The position numbers and the translations under genes were made by a program. A stretch of 64,000 nt of DNA from Alphaproteobacteria bacterium (GTDB lineage Bacteria > Pseudomonadota > Alphaproteobacteria > UBA828): the NCBI GenBank assembly GCA_965221125.1, contig CBDCRW010000002.1, positions 128,001 through 192,000 of the forward strand. The letters are read 5' to 3'. The notes below the pieces were generated by a model, which was not told the origin of the DNA, did not search any database, and saw nothing but the letters and a program-made list of their open reading frames with translations. Shown piece by piece: positions 53,389-62,716 of the stretch. The first letter of the stretch is position 1. Each line of letters opens with the position of its first letter.

Positions 53389-54491
53389 GCACGAAGATCG
53401 GAAGACGCAGCCTCCTCAAGGGAACGGCCGTCGCAGGAGCCGCCGTGGCGGCCGCCGCGGCATCGAGCTTCCCCGCGCCCGCGATCTCGCAGGGCAAGAT
53501 GGAGCTCAAGCTGGCGACCTCCTGGCCGAAGCAGTTCCCCGGCCTCGGCACCGGCGCGCAGCGGCTCGCCGACCGCATCACCGACGCGACCGAGGGCCGC
53601 ATCACGGTCAAGCATTACGGCGGCGGCGAGCTGGTGCCGCCTCTCGGCTGCTTCGATGCGGTCTCGGAGGGTGCTGCGGACATGTACCACTCCGCCGAGT
53701 ACTACTGGCAGGGCAAGTCCAAGGCCTTCAACTTCTTCGCCACCGTGCCCTTCGGGCTCACGGCAGACGAGGTCAACGCCTGGATTTACCACGCAGGCGG
53801 ACAGGAGCTCTGGGACGAGCTCTCGGCCGACTTCAACGTGAAGCCCTTCCTCGCCGGCAACACCGGTGTCCAGTGGGGCGGGTGGTTCAACAAGGAGATG
53901 AACACGCTCGAGGACTACAAGGGCCTGAAGATGCGCATGCCGGGCCTCGGCGGCGAGGTGCTGCGCCGCATCGGCGCCAACGCCCTGCTGCTGCCGGGCG
54001 GCGAGATCTATCCCGCGCTCGAGGCCGGCACCATCGACGCCACCGAATGGGTGGGGCCGTGGAACGACCTCGCCTTCGGCTTCTACAAGGTGACCAAGTA
54101 CTACTACTGGCCCGGCTTCCACGAGCCCGGCACGGTCCTGACCTGCGGCGTCAACCGTGGCGTGTGGGAGGGACTCAGCGCCGCGGACCAGAGCCTGATC
54201 GAGAGCTGCTGCGCGGCGGACAACGCCGCCATGCTGGCCGAGTTCAACGCGCGTAACGCCGGGGCGCTGGACACGCTCATCAACGAGCACGGCGTCCAGG
54301 TTCGCCGCGTGTCGGACGAGATGCTGAAGGCGCTCGGAGAGAATTCGGCCGACGTGGTCGCCGAGGTCGGCGCCGAGGGCGGCATCACGCAGCGCGTCTA
54401 CGACAGCTTCAGCGCCTTCCGCAAGACCGCGGTGCCCTACCACGAGCGCTCGGAGCTGGCTTACGGCAACGCCCGGCTTCTGACCGCATAG
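53385..54491 (+). CDS. dctP: TRAP transporter substrate-binding protein (TakP-like, Tat signal)
   Basis: GRRSLLK Tat motif; GNTGVQWGGWF, KMRMPGLGG and IDATEWVGPWND. Confidence 0.92.
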   Translation: MSTKIGRRSLLKGTAVAGAAVAAAAASSFPAPAISQGKMELKLATSWPKQFPGLGTGAQRLADRITDATEGRITVKHYGGGELVPPLGCFDAVSEGAADMYHSAEYYWQGKSKAFNFFATVPFGLTADEVNAWIYHAGGQELWDELSADFNVKPFLAGNTGVQWGGWFNKEMNTLEDYKGLKMRMPGLGGEVLRRIGANALLLPGGEIYPALEAGTIDATEWVGPWNDLAFGFYKVTKYYYWPGFHEPGTVLTCGVNRGVWEGLSAADQSLIESCCAADNAAMLAEFNARNAGALDTLINEHGVQVRRVSDEMLKALGENSADVVAEVGAEGGITQRVYDSFSAFRKTAVPYHERSELAYGNARLLTA

Positions 54492-54508
54492 TACGCTGGC
54501 GAGACGTG

Positions 54509-54543
54509 CGTTCGGGGCGGGCGGTCGTTGCCCGCCCCGAACG
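54509..54543 (+). terminator. Strong hairpin after dctP (mRNA-stabilising or partial terminator; no U-tract)
   Basis: CGTTCGGGGCGGGC-N7-GCCCGCCCCGAACG, a 14-bp stem. Confidence 0.6.
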
Positions 54544-54662
54544 GCGCCGCCGCAACGGAAATAGCCCGGCGCCGCCACAGGGCGCCGGAGAGGCGGGCAT
54601 GAGGGCCGCCGCCGCGCTTGAGCGCTGGCCGCCTGAAAGGAGCGCCGGCCGGCTGAAATGAG

Positions 54663-55226
54663 ATGCAGGCGTCTCTCTCCGCATTAGCCGCGCTCACACG
54701 CGCAATCGACGTGGTCAACGAGCACGTCGGGCGCGTCGCCTCGTGGCTCGCGCTGCTCATGGTGCTCCTCCAGTTCGTCGTCGTGGTGATGCGCTACATC
54801 TTCGGCGCGGGCTTCATCGCGATGCAGGAGGGGGTGATCTACCTCCACGCCACCCTCTTCCTCGTGGGTGCGGGCTACACGCTGCTGCACGGCGGCCACG
54901 TCCGCGTCGACATCTTCTACCGGGATGCGCGCCCGCGCCTGCGCGCCTTCATCGATCTCATGGGCGTGATTCTCTTTCTGATGCCGGTCTGCGTGATCAT
55001 CGGCTGGGCGAGCTGGCCCTATGTGGAGCAGTCCTGGTCAGTGTTCGAAAGCTCGGCGGAAACCAGCGGCATACCGGCGATCTACACGCTCAAGTCGATG
55101 ATCCTCGCGTTCGTGGTGCTCATCGCCCTCCAGGGCCTTTCGCTCGCGCTCCACGCGGTCCTCACGCTGGCCGGCCGCCAGAGGCGCCACGACGCCATCG
55201 CCGATCCCGGCGGCGGGACCGCCTGA
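54663..55226 (+). CDS. dctQ: TRAP transporter small permease
   Basis: HVRVDIFY motif; 4 TM segments. Confidence 0.92.
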   Translation: MQASLSALAALTRAIDVVNEHVGRVASWLALLMVLLQFVVVVMRYIFGAGFIAMQEGVIYLHATLFLVGAGYTLLHGGHVRVDIFYRDARPRLRAFIDLMGVILFLMPVCVIIGWASWPYVEQSWSVFESSAETSGIPAIYTLKSMILAFVVLIALQGLSLALHAVLTLAGRQRRHDAIADPGGGTA

Positions 55227-55232
55227 TCCGCC

Positions 55233-56825
55233 ATGCCCATCGGCGAAGTCCTCGTCATCGTCATGTTCGTGACGACCTTCGCCTGCCTGCTGGCGGGCTT
55301 CCCGGTCGCCTTCACGCTGTCCGGCGTGGCCGCGCTGTTCGGCCTCTTCTCGTACGCCTTCGGCGTCTTCGACGTCAGCTTCCTGCGCGCCATGCCGCAG
55401 CGCATCTTCGGCAACGCGATGTGGAACGAGGTGCTGATCGCCGTGCCGCTCTTCATCTTCATGGGCGTGATGCTGGAACGCTCGAAGGTGGCGGAAGAGC
55501 TGCTGGAGGCCATGGGGCGGCTCTTCGGCGGCCTGCGCGGCGGCATCGGGCTCTCGGTGATCGCGGTGGGCGCGCTGCTCGCCGCCTCCACCGGAATCGT
55601 CGGCGCCACGGTGGTGACCATGGGCCTGCTCTCGCTGCCGACGATGCTCAGGCGCGGCTACGACCCCAAGCTCGCGACCGGGACGATCTGCGCCTCCGGC
55701 ACCCTCGGCCAGATCATCCCGCCCTCCATCGTCCTCGTGATCCTGGGCGAGCAGATCTCCAACGCCTACGTCGATGCTCAGCGCGCCATCGGCAACTGGT
55801 CGCCGGAGCCGGTCTCGGTGGGCGACCTCTTCGCCGGCGCTCTCTTGCCGGGGATGGTGCTGGTCGGCCTCTACATGCTCTATCTGATGGTCGTCGCCTG
55901 GTTGCGGCCCAATGCGGCGCCGGCGATTCCGCGCGGCGAGCTGGGCGGCGACTGGCGCGAGGTGTGGCGGCGCACCGGCCGCGCACTGGTGCCGCCGATC
56001 GTGCTCATCATCGCCGTGCTCGGCTCCATCCTCGGCGGCATCGCGACCCCGACCGAGGCTGCGGCGGTGGGCGCCGTCGGCTCGCTGATCCTCGCCGGCG
56101 CACGGCTCGCGCCCGAAGGCGGCACCAGGCTCGAACGCAGCGTCGGCAGCGCACCGCTCTACCTCGCGGGCGGCGCCTTGATCCTGATGATGATCCTCGC
56201 CGGCCAGTTCGATCTCGTGATCACGCGGGCCGGCATCGGCGCGCCGGCCATCGCCGCCTTCGTCTGCTGCGGGCTGCTTGTCTACGGGATCTGGACGAGC
56301 CTCTGGCGGGTCTGGCGCGCCGGCGTGCTCGTGCCGGTCATGCGGTCGACCATGCAGATCAGCGCCATGGTCTTCGTCATCCTGATCGGCGCCGCCTTGT
56401 TCTCGCTGGTCTTCCGGGGCCTCGGCGGCGACGAGATGGTCCACCAGGCGCTGTCGAACGTTCCGGGCGGGGTCATCGGCGCGATGCTGGTGGTCATGCT
56501 GATCATGTTCGCTTTGGGCTTCTTCCTCGATTTCATCGAGATCACCTTCGTGGTGGTGCCGATCATCGCGCCGGTGCTGCTGCAGATGGACATCAACCCG
56601 ATCTGGCTCGGGATCATGATGGCGGTGAACCTGCAGACCTCGTTCCTGACGCCACCCTTCGGCTTCTCGCTCTTCTACCTGCGGGGCGTGGCGCCGCGCA
56701 CGGTGCGCACCGGCGAGATCTACCGGGGGGTCATCCCCTTCGTCATCATCCAGCTCGCGGCGCTTGCGGTACTCGGCCTCTTCCCCGAGCTCACCACCTG
56801 GCTGCCGTCCGTCGTCTTCGATTGA
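55233..56825 (+). CDS. dctM: TRAP transporter large permease
   Basis: AVPLFIFMG, GTLGQIIPPS, ATPTEAAA and LTPPFG. Confidence 0.93.
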   Translation: MPIGEVLVIVMFVTTFACLLAGFPVAFTLSGVAALFGLFSYAFGVFDVSFLRAMPQRIFGNAMWNEVLIAVPLFIFMGVMLERSKVAEELLEAMGRLFGGLRGGIGLSVIAVGALLAASTGIVGATVVTMGLLSLPTMLRRGYDPKLATGTICASGTLGQIIPPSIVLVILGEQISNAYVDAQRAIGNWSPEPVSVGDLFAGALLPGMVLVGLYMLYLMVVAWLRPNAAPAIPRGELGGDWREVWRRTGRALVPPIVLIIAVLGSILGGIATPTEAAAVGAVGSLILAGARLAPEGGTRLERSVGSAPLYLAGGALILMMILAGQFDLVITRAGIGAPAIAAFVCCGLLVYGIWTSLWRVWRAGVLVPVMRSTMQISAMVFVILIGAALFSLVFRGLGGDEMVHQALSNVPGGVIGAMLVVMLIMFALGFFLDFIEITFVVVPIIAPVLLQMDINPIWLGIMMAVNLQTSFLTPPFGFSLFYLRGVAPRTVRTGEIYRGVIPFVIIQLAALAVLGLFPELTTWLPSVVFD

Positions 56826-56839
56826 GGGGTGGGCGGAAG

Positions 56840-58138
56840 TTAACGCTCCTTCGACCACGCCGTCACGACATCGATGAGCGCGTCCGTGAGGCAGGCGAGG
56901 TCGGCCTCGTCGATGGTGAGCGCGGGCGTCACATAGACGATATCGCCGAAGGGGCGGACCCAGACGCCCGCGTCGACGAAGCGCGCCTTGAGCCAGCCGA
57001 TGCGGCTCATGTCATCGAGCTGGATGACGCCGATCGCGCCCCGCACGCGCACGTCGACCACGCCCGGCAGCGCCCGCGCCGGCTCCAGCGCGGCCTCGAG
57101 ACGGCCTTCGATGGCGCGCGCCTGGGCGAGGCGGGGCTCCCGCTCGAACAGGTCGAGCGAGGCGTTGGCGGCGGCGCAGGCCAGCGGATTGGCCATGAAG
57201 GTCGGTCCGTGCATGAGGGCCGCGTCGGGATCGTCGGAGAGGAAGGCCTCGAAGATGCGCTCGCTCGCGACGGTCGCGGCGAGCGCCATGGTGCCGCCGG
57301 TGAGCGCCTTCGACAGCGTCACGATGTCCGGCACGACGTCTGCCTGCTCGCAGGCGAACATCGTCCCGGTGCGGCCGAAGCCGGTCATGATCTCGTCGGC
57401 GATCAGCAGCAGGCCGTGCCTGTCGCAGGCCGCGCGCAGCGCGCGCAGCGTCTCCGGCGCGTGGAAGCGCATGCCGCCCGCGCCCTGGACCAGCGGCTCG
57501 ACGATGACCGCCGCCACGTCCTCCCGATGCCGGGCGAGGTAGGCATCGAAGGCGGCGCCACCCGCCTCGTCCTGCGGCAGCGGCACGACGTGCTGCTCCG
57601 GCAGCGCGCCCGCGAACAGGCTGTGCATGCCCTCCTCGGGGTCGCAGACGGACATCGCGGCGAAGGTGTCGCCATGATAGGCGCCCTGGAAACTCACGAA
57701 GCGGTGGCGCCCGCGCACGCCCTGGTTGAGCCAGTACTGCAGCGCCATCTTGAGCGCGATCTCCGCCGCCACCGAGCCCGACTCCGAGAAGAACACCCGG
57801 CTCAGCGGATCCGGCAGCATGGCGGCGAGGCGGCGGGCCAGCGTGAGCGCGGGCTCGTTGGCGAGGCCGCCGAACATCACGTGTGGCATGCGGTCCAACT
57901 GCGCGGCGACGGCGGCGCGGATGTGGGGGTGGTTGTAGCCGTGGCAGGCGGTCCACCACGAGGCGATGCCGTCGATCAGCTGGCGGCCGTCGGCAAGCAC
58001 GATGCGCGTGCCCCTGGTCTCGGCCACCGCAAGCGGCGGCGGTACGGCGGCCATCTGGGTGTAGGGCAGCCAGACGTGGCCGTAGCCCTCGGCGAGCCAG
58101 TCTGGCTCAGAAGGGGTGCTTTGGGGGCGGCACGCCAC
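56840..58138 (-). CDS. bioA: Adenosylmethionine--8-amino-7-oxononanoate transaminase
   Basis: WLPYTQM, SWWTACHG, YHGDT, DEIMTGFGRTG and HGPTFMANP. Confidence 0.93.
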   Translation of the reverse strand: MACRPQSTPSEPDWLAEGYGHVWLPYTQMAAVPPPLAVAETRGTRIVLADGRQLIDGIASWWTACHGYNHPHIRAAVAAQLDRMPHVMFGGLANEPALTLARRLAAMLPDPLSRVFFSESGSVAAEIALKMALQYWLNQGVRGRHRFVSFQGAYHGDTFAAMSVCDPEEGMHSLFAGALPEQHVVPLPQDEAGGAAFDAYLARHREDVAAVIVEPLVQGAGGMRFHAPETLRALRAACDRHGLLLIADEIMTGFGRTGTMFACEQADVVPDIVTLSKALTGGTMALAATVASERIFEAFLSDDPDAALMHGPTFMANPLACAAANASLDLFEREPRLAQARAIEGRLEAALEPARALPGVVDVRVRGAIGVIQLDDMSRIGWLKARFVDAGVWVRPFGDIVYVTPALTIDEADLACLTDALIDVVTAWSKER

Positions 58139-58168
58139 GGCGAACGCTGGGAGCGCCGCGGCCGCGGC

Positions 58169-59164
58169 CTAGACCGGCATCGGCTGGATGCCGAGGCGGG
58201 CGAAGAGCCGGCTGTCGCGGTCGCGCTCGGGATTGGGCGTCGTCAGCAGCTCCGGCCCCACGAACACCGAGTTCGCGCCGGCGAGGAAGGCCAGAGCCTG
58301 CATCTCGTCGGACATCTGCTCGCGCCCGGCGGAGAGCCGGACCATCGAGCGCGGCATGGCGATGCGCACCGCCGCCACCGTGCGCACGAACTCGAAGGGG
58401 TCGAGCGCGTCCGTGCCGGCGAGCGGCGTGCCCTCGACCTGCACGAGCATGTTGATGGGCACGCTCTCAGGGTGCGTCGGCAGGCTCGCGAGGGTCGCGA
58501 TCATGTCCGCCCGGTCGCGCGTCGATTCGCCCATGCCGACGATGCCGCCGCAGCAGACGTTGATGCCGGCGTCGCGCACGTGACCCAGGGTGTCGAGGCG
58601 ATCCCGGTAGGTGCGCGTGGTGATGATCTCGCCGTAGAACGATTCCGAGGTGTCGAGGTTGTGGTTGTAGTAGTCGAGGCCGGCGTCCGCGAGCCGCGCC
58701 GCCTGGGGCGCGCTCAGCATGCCGAGGGTGACGCAGGTCTCCATGCCGAGCGCCTTCACGCCCTCCACCATGTCGGCGACCGCGTCGAGGTCGCGGTCCT
58801 TCGGGCTGCGCCACGCGGCGCCCATGCAGTAGCGCGTGGCGCCGGCGTCGCGGGCGCGCCGGGCCGCGGCCAGCACCTCGTCGAGCGACATCATCTTCTC
58901 AGCCGTGAGCCCGGTGTCGTAGCGCGCGCTCTGCGGGCAATAGGCGCAATCCTCCGGGCAGCCGCCGGTCTTGATGCTGAGCAGCGTCGACATCTGCACC
59001 TGGTTCGGGTCGAAATGGCGGCGATGCACGGCCTGGGCGCGAAACATCAGCTCGGCGAAGGGCAGCGCAAGCAGCGCCTCGACCTCCGCCACCGACCAGT
59101 CATGCCTGAGCGCGCCCACCGCCCCGGAGTGCGCGTCCGCGCCGATCGCCTCGACAGCTTCCAT
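58169..59164 (-). CDS. bioB: Biotin synthase
   Basis: [11 protein letters not shown] radical SAM motif, YNHNLDT and RLSAGRE. Confidence 0.96.
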   Translation of the reverse strand: MEAVEAIGADAHSGAVGALRHDWSVAEVEALLALPFAELMFRAQAVHRRHFDPNQVQMSTLLSIKTGGCPEDCAYCPQSARYDTGLTAEKMMSLDEVLAAARRARDAGATRYCMGAAWRSPKDRDLDAVADMVEGVKALGMETCVTLGMLSAPQAARLADAGLDYYNHNLDTSESFYGEIITTRTYRDRLDTLGHVRDAGINVCCGGIVGMGESTRDRADMIATLASLPTHPESVPINMLVQVEGTPLAGTDALDPFEFVRTVAAVRIAMPRSMVRLSAGREQMSDEMQALAFLAGANSVFVGPELLTTPNPERDRDSRLFARLGIQPMPV

Positions 59165-59194
59165 GATCGTTCGCCCCCGGCCCTGGATCGGCGC

Positions 59195-59222
59195 AGGATA
59201 GGCCGGACCGCCGCCGGGTCAA
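59195..59222 (-). promoter_or_regulatory. Putative bioB promoter
   Basis: Minus-strand TTGACC-N16-TATCCT. Confidence 0.45.
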
Positions 59223-59349
59223 GGAATGCGGCCCGGAGACGGCTGATCGCGGCCCAACCCGCACAGTCATGTTGGGCCGCTATGCTGCATTGAACATACA
59301 ATATGTGGCGTTCCGTTAGAGCAATTGGCTACAAGACCGGCAATATCCA

Positions 59350-59378
59350 TTGACGGACGGCCCTGCCGGCATCATGCT
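59350..59378 (+). promoter_or_regulatory. Putative kdsD-lpt promoter
   Basis: TTGACG-N17-CATGCT. Confidence 0.45.
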
Positions 59379-59407
59379 TGCCACGAAATAGACAAAATTC
59401 GAATTCC

Positions 59408-60400
59408 GTGGGCCCGACTGCAATATCTGCCGCGCTCGACATCATCGAGCATGCCGATCTCGCCGCCGCCCGGCGCGTGGTGAGCCAGGAATCGCGCGCG
59501 CTCGCGCGGCTCTCCGAGTCACTGACCGAACGCTTCGTCGTCGCGACCGAGATTCTCGCGGCCACCCGGGGCCGGATCGTGGTCTCCGGCATGGGCAAGA
59601 GCGGCCACATCGCCAACAAGATGGCGGCCACCTTCGCCTCGACCGGGGCGCCGGCGCTCTTCGTTCACCCGGCGGAGGCGAGCCACGGCGATCTCGGCAT
59701 GATCACCGATGCCGACACGCTGCTGATGCTGTCGAACTCCGGCGAGACGCCGGAATTGGCCGACCTCGTGAATTACGGAAAGCGCTTCCGCATCCCACTC
59801 GTCGCGATCGTGGGGAGGGCGCCGAGCACGCTTGCCGAGGCGGCCACGGTCGCGCTCGTTCTGCCCAACGAGCCTGAGGCCGGCACCCTCGGCCTCGCGC
59901 CGACCACGTCGACCATCATGATGCTGGCGCTGGGCGATGCGCTGGCGGTCGCCCTGCTGGAGCGCAAGGGGCTCACGGCCGACGACTTCAAGATTTACCA
60001 TCCGGGCGGCAAGCTCGGCCGGCGGCTGGTCCGGGTCGCCGACATCATGCACGCGGGCGACGACTTGCCTTTGGTGCCTGCCGATACGGCGATGGCGGAG
60101 GCGCTGATCGTCATGACCGCGAAGCGCCTCGGCTGCGTCGGCGCCGTCGACGGCGACGGCACGCTGGCCGGCATCGTCACCGACGGCGACCTCAGGCGGC
60201 ACATGGACGCGCAGCTTCTGCAACGATCCGTCTCAGAGGTCATGACCACCGATCCGATCACGATCCATGCCGGCGCGCTCGGCGTCGAAGCGGTGCACCT
60301 CATGAACCGCTGCCAGATCACCAGCCTCTTCGTGACCGAGGAGAAGCGGCCGGTCGGCGTCGTCCACGTCCACGATTGCCTCCGGGCGGGTCTCGCATGA
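59408..60400 (+). CDS. kdsD: Arabinose-5-phosphate isomerase (KpsF/GutQ, SIS+CBS)
   Basis: GMGKSGHI, HPAEASHGDLG, APTTST and HPGGKLG; start uncertain. Confidence 0.93.
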   Translation: MGPTAISAALDIIEHADLAAARRVVSQESRALARLSESLTERFVVATEILAATRGRIVVSGMGKSGHIANKMAATFASTGAPALFVHPAEASHGDLGMITDADTLLMLSNSGETPELADLVNYGKRFRIPLVAIVGRAPSTLAEAATVALVLPNEPEAGTLGLAPTTSTIMMLALGDALAVALLERKGLTADDFKIYHPGGKLGRRLVRVADIMHAGDDLPLVPADTAMAEALIVMTAKRLGCVGAVDGDGTLAGIVTDGDLRRHMDAQLLQRSVSEVMTTDPITIHAGALGVEAVHLMNRCQITSLFVTEEKRPVGVVHVHDCLRAGLA

Positions 60401-61131
60401 CCACCGAGGTGGGCGGAACCACGCCGGCGGGCACCACCGAGGTGGGCAGGCTCCGCTACTACCGGGCCGGCGCCGGCACGGGCGGAGGGGCTCCGAGCCG
60501 GTACAGCGGCTTCGTCGGCCTCATGCGCTATCTGCTGCCGGCGGTGGCCGCATGCCTGCTCGGACTCGTGGTCGGGTGGCCGCTGGTCAGCGACGGGGGA
60601 GAGGGAATCCACATCCCGCTGGCCACCGACGCGGGCATCGACGGCCGCCTGACCATGCTGAACGCGAGCTATCTGGGCACGGACGCGAAGAACCGGCCCT
60701 TCGCCGTGCGGGGCAAGGAGGCGTTCCAGCCGGAGAGCGATTCGCCCATCGTGCATCTCTCCGGCGTGGAGGCCGACATCTTCACTGATCCGGCGCAGAA
60801 CGGCGTGCTGGCGCTGTCGGCGAACGAGGGCCTTTACCAGCGCGATGCCGAGAGCCTCGACCTTGCCGGCGATGTCACGGTGCGCTCGGACGCGGGGCAC
60901 GAGTTCGTCACCACCGAGGCGCATATCGACCTGCCGGCAGGCGTCGCGACGGGCCGCGAGCCGGTGAGCGGCAAGGGCCCGCACGGGCTGCTCGATGCGG
61001 GCAATTTCGCGCTCCTGGAGCGCGGAGAGGTCATGACCTTCGGCGGCCGGGTGCGGGTGACCCTGTTCCCGCATGCGCTGGAGGAACTGGATGGCTCGTC
61101 GGGAGGACAAGACGATGAGAGCCGGGGATAG
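60397..61131 (+). CDS. lptC: LPS export protein LptC
   Basis: Single N-terminal TM followed by a beta-jellyroll-like region; lies between kdsD and lptA. Confidence 0.85.
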   Translation: MTTEVGGTTPAGTTEVGRLRYYRAGAGTGGGAPSRYSGFVGLMRYLLPAVAACLLGLVVGWPLVSDGGEGIHIPLATDAGIDGRLTMLNASYLGTDAKNRPFAVRGKEAFQPESDSPIVHLSGVEADIFTDPAQNGVLALSANEGLYQRDAESLDLAGDVTVRSDAGHEFVTTEAHIDLPAGVATGREPVSGKGPHGLLDAGNFALLERGEVMTFGGRVRVTLFPHALEELDGSSGGQDDESRG

Positions 61132-61669
61132 CCGACGCAGGCGGGCGCTCGACCTGTCGCGGGCCGCTCTGATCGCCGCGGCGCTCGCGGTATCGGTCGC
61201 CCTCGCCGGCGCGGGCGCGGCACAGGAGGCCGATGACGGGGCCGGCGCGGCGAGCGAAGCCATCGAGATCACCGCCGATACGCTCGAGGTGCGGCAGTCG
61301 GAGAACGTCGCCATCTTCGAAGGCGCCGTCAACGCGGTCCAGGGCGACCTGGTGCTGAACGCGGACATGCTCACGGTCCACTACCGCGAGGCGGAGGGCG
61401 GCGCGGGCAACCTCGGCGTCTCGCGCATCGAGGCCCAGGGCAACGTCGTGGTCACCTCGGCAGGCGAGATCGCGCAGGGGCAGCGCGGCATCTACAACGT
61501 GGAAGACGGGACCATCGACCTGACCGGCGGCGTGGTGCTGAACCAGGGCAACAACGTCGTCGAGGGCGAGACGCTGACGATGAATCTCGAGACCGGGGTG
61601 AGCAAGGTTTCCGGCGCGGGCGACACCCGCGTGCAGGGTCTCTTCGTGCCGGAGGAGGAAGGCGAGTAA
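61115..61669 (+). CDS. lptA: LPS transport periplasmic protein LptA
   Basis: Signal peptide; IEITAD, FEGAVNAVQG and RV.GLF; synteny. Confidence 0.88.
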   Translation: MRAGDSRRRRALDLSRAALIAAALAVSVALAGAGAAQEADDGAGAASEAIEITADTLEVRQSENVAIFEGAVNAVQGDLVLNADMLTVHYREAEGGAGNLGVSRIEAQGNVVVTSAGEIAQGQRGIYNVEDGTIDLTGGVVLNQGNNVVEGETLTMNLETGVSKVSGAGDTRVQGLFVPEEEGE

Positions 61670-61698
61670 CGCGTGACGGCAGGCAGGGTGAGAGCCGC

Positions 61699-62484
61699 AT
61701 GACCGCGCCGGCGACCGTGGGCCCCGGCGGCAGCCCTGCTGCGCCCGTCGTCCATGCCGGCAATCCGGGCCTGCGGGCGGAGAACCTCGGCAAGAGCTTC
61801 AGGAAGCGGCCGGTCCTGCGCGGCCTCAGCCTGAGCGTGCAGCGCGGCGAGGCGGTCGGCCTGCTCGGCCCCAACGGCGCCGGCAAGACGACCTGCTTCT
61901 ACCTGATGACCGGCCTGATGGCGGCGGACTACGGCCGTGTCTTCCTCGACGGGCACGACATCACCGGGCTCCCCATGTATCGCCGTGCCCGCCTCGGCCT
62001 CGGCTACCTGCCGCAGGAGGCCTCGATCTTTCGCGGGCTCACGGTGGAGAACAACATCCGCGCGGTGCTGGAAGTGACGATCGAGGCGCGCGACGAGCGC
62101 GAGCATGTGCTGGACGAGCTGCTCGCCGAGTTCTCGATCACCCATCTGCGGCGCACGCCGTCGCTCGCGCTCTCGGGCGGCGAGAGGCGGCGGGTGGAGA
62201 TCGCCCGCGCGCTCGCGTCCAAGCCCCGCTTCATGCTGCTGGACGAGCCGCTGTCGGGGATCGACCCCATCGCGGTGGCGGAAATTCGCGACCTCGTCGC
62301 CCACCTCAAGGACCGCGGCATCGGCGTGATGCTGACGGATCACAACGTGCGGGAGGCGCTCGACATCGTCGACCGCGCCTTCATCATCAACGAGGGCGCC
62401 GTGCTGATGGAGGGCCCGCCCTCGGAGATCGTCTCCCACGACGAGGTGCGGCGCGTCTACCTCGGCGACCGCTTCCGGCTGTAG
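61699..62484 (+). CDS. lptB: LPS export ABC ATP-binding protein
   Basis: GYLPQEASIFR, TDHNVRE and YLGDRF. Confidence 0.96.
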   Translation: MTAPATVGPGGSPAAPVVHAGNPGLRAENLGKSFRKRPVLRGLSLSVQRGEAVGLLGPNGAGKTTCFYLMTGLMAADYGRVFLDGHDITGLPMYRRARLGLGYLPQEASIFRGLTVENNIRAVLEVTIEARDEREHVLDELLAEFSITHLRRTPSLALSGGERRRVEIARALASKPRFMLLDEPLSGIDPIAVAEIRDLVAHLKDRGIGVMLTDHNVREALDIVDRAFIINEGAVLMEGPPSEIVSHDEVRRVYLGDRFRL

Positions 62485-62559
62485 GGCACGATCCGACCGG
62501 ATCGAACCTTTCTCAGTTGCCGCACGCTCGCGTCGTCGCCTGCGACGCGGCCCGCGGCT

Positions 62560-62676
62560 CCCCCTCCTCACCCCGGCCCTCTCCTCCCCCGTGGGGAGGA
62601 GAGGGAGAAAAGGCTGGTTCGGCTTGCGTCCCCTCTCCGCCCCTGGGGGGCGGAGAGGGACAGGGAGAGGTGGGGG
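62560..62676. repeat. REP-like doublet of the CCCTCACCCC..CCCTCTCC..GGAGAGGG type
   Basis: Two inverted hairpins, CCCTCTCCTCCCC..GGGGAGGAGAGGG and CCCTCTCCGCCCC..GGGGCGGAGAGGG, with complementary outer arms. Confidence 0.8.
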
Positions 62677-62716
62677 ATGTTCGAGCCGCCGTGAGCCGGC
62701 AGGGTCGAAACTCGCT

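Noticed and set aside
54743-59293. 1516-aa ORF and many other long alternative-frame or antisense ORFs (e.g. 20900-23602, 48378-50969, 45682-47799)
   Set aside because: Arg/Ala/Gly/Pro-rich shadow frames over well-supported genes; expected at this GC content, with no recognisable motifs.
60400-60447. 15-bp direct repeat (TTEVG twice) at the lptC N-terminus
   Set aside because: Small local duplication in a variable cytoplasmic tail; no sign of function or of an insertion scar.
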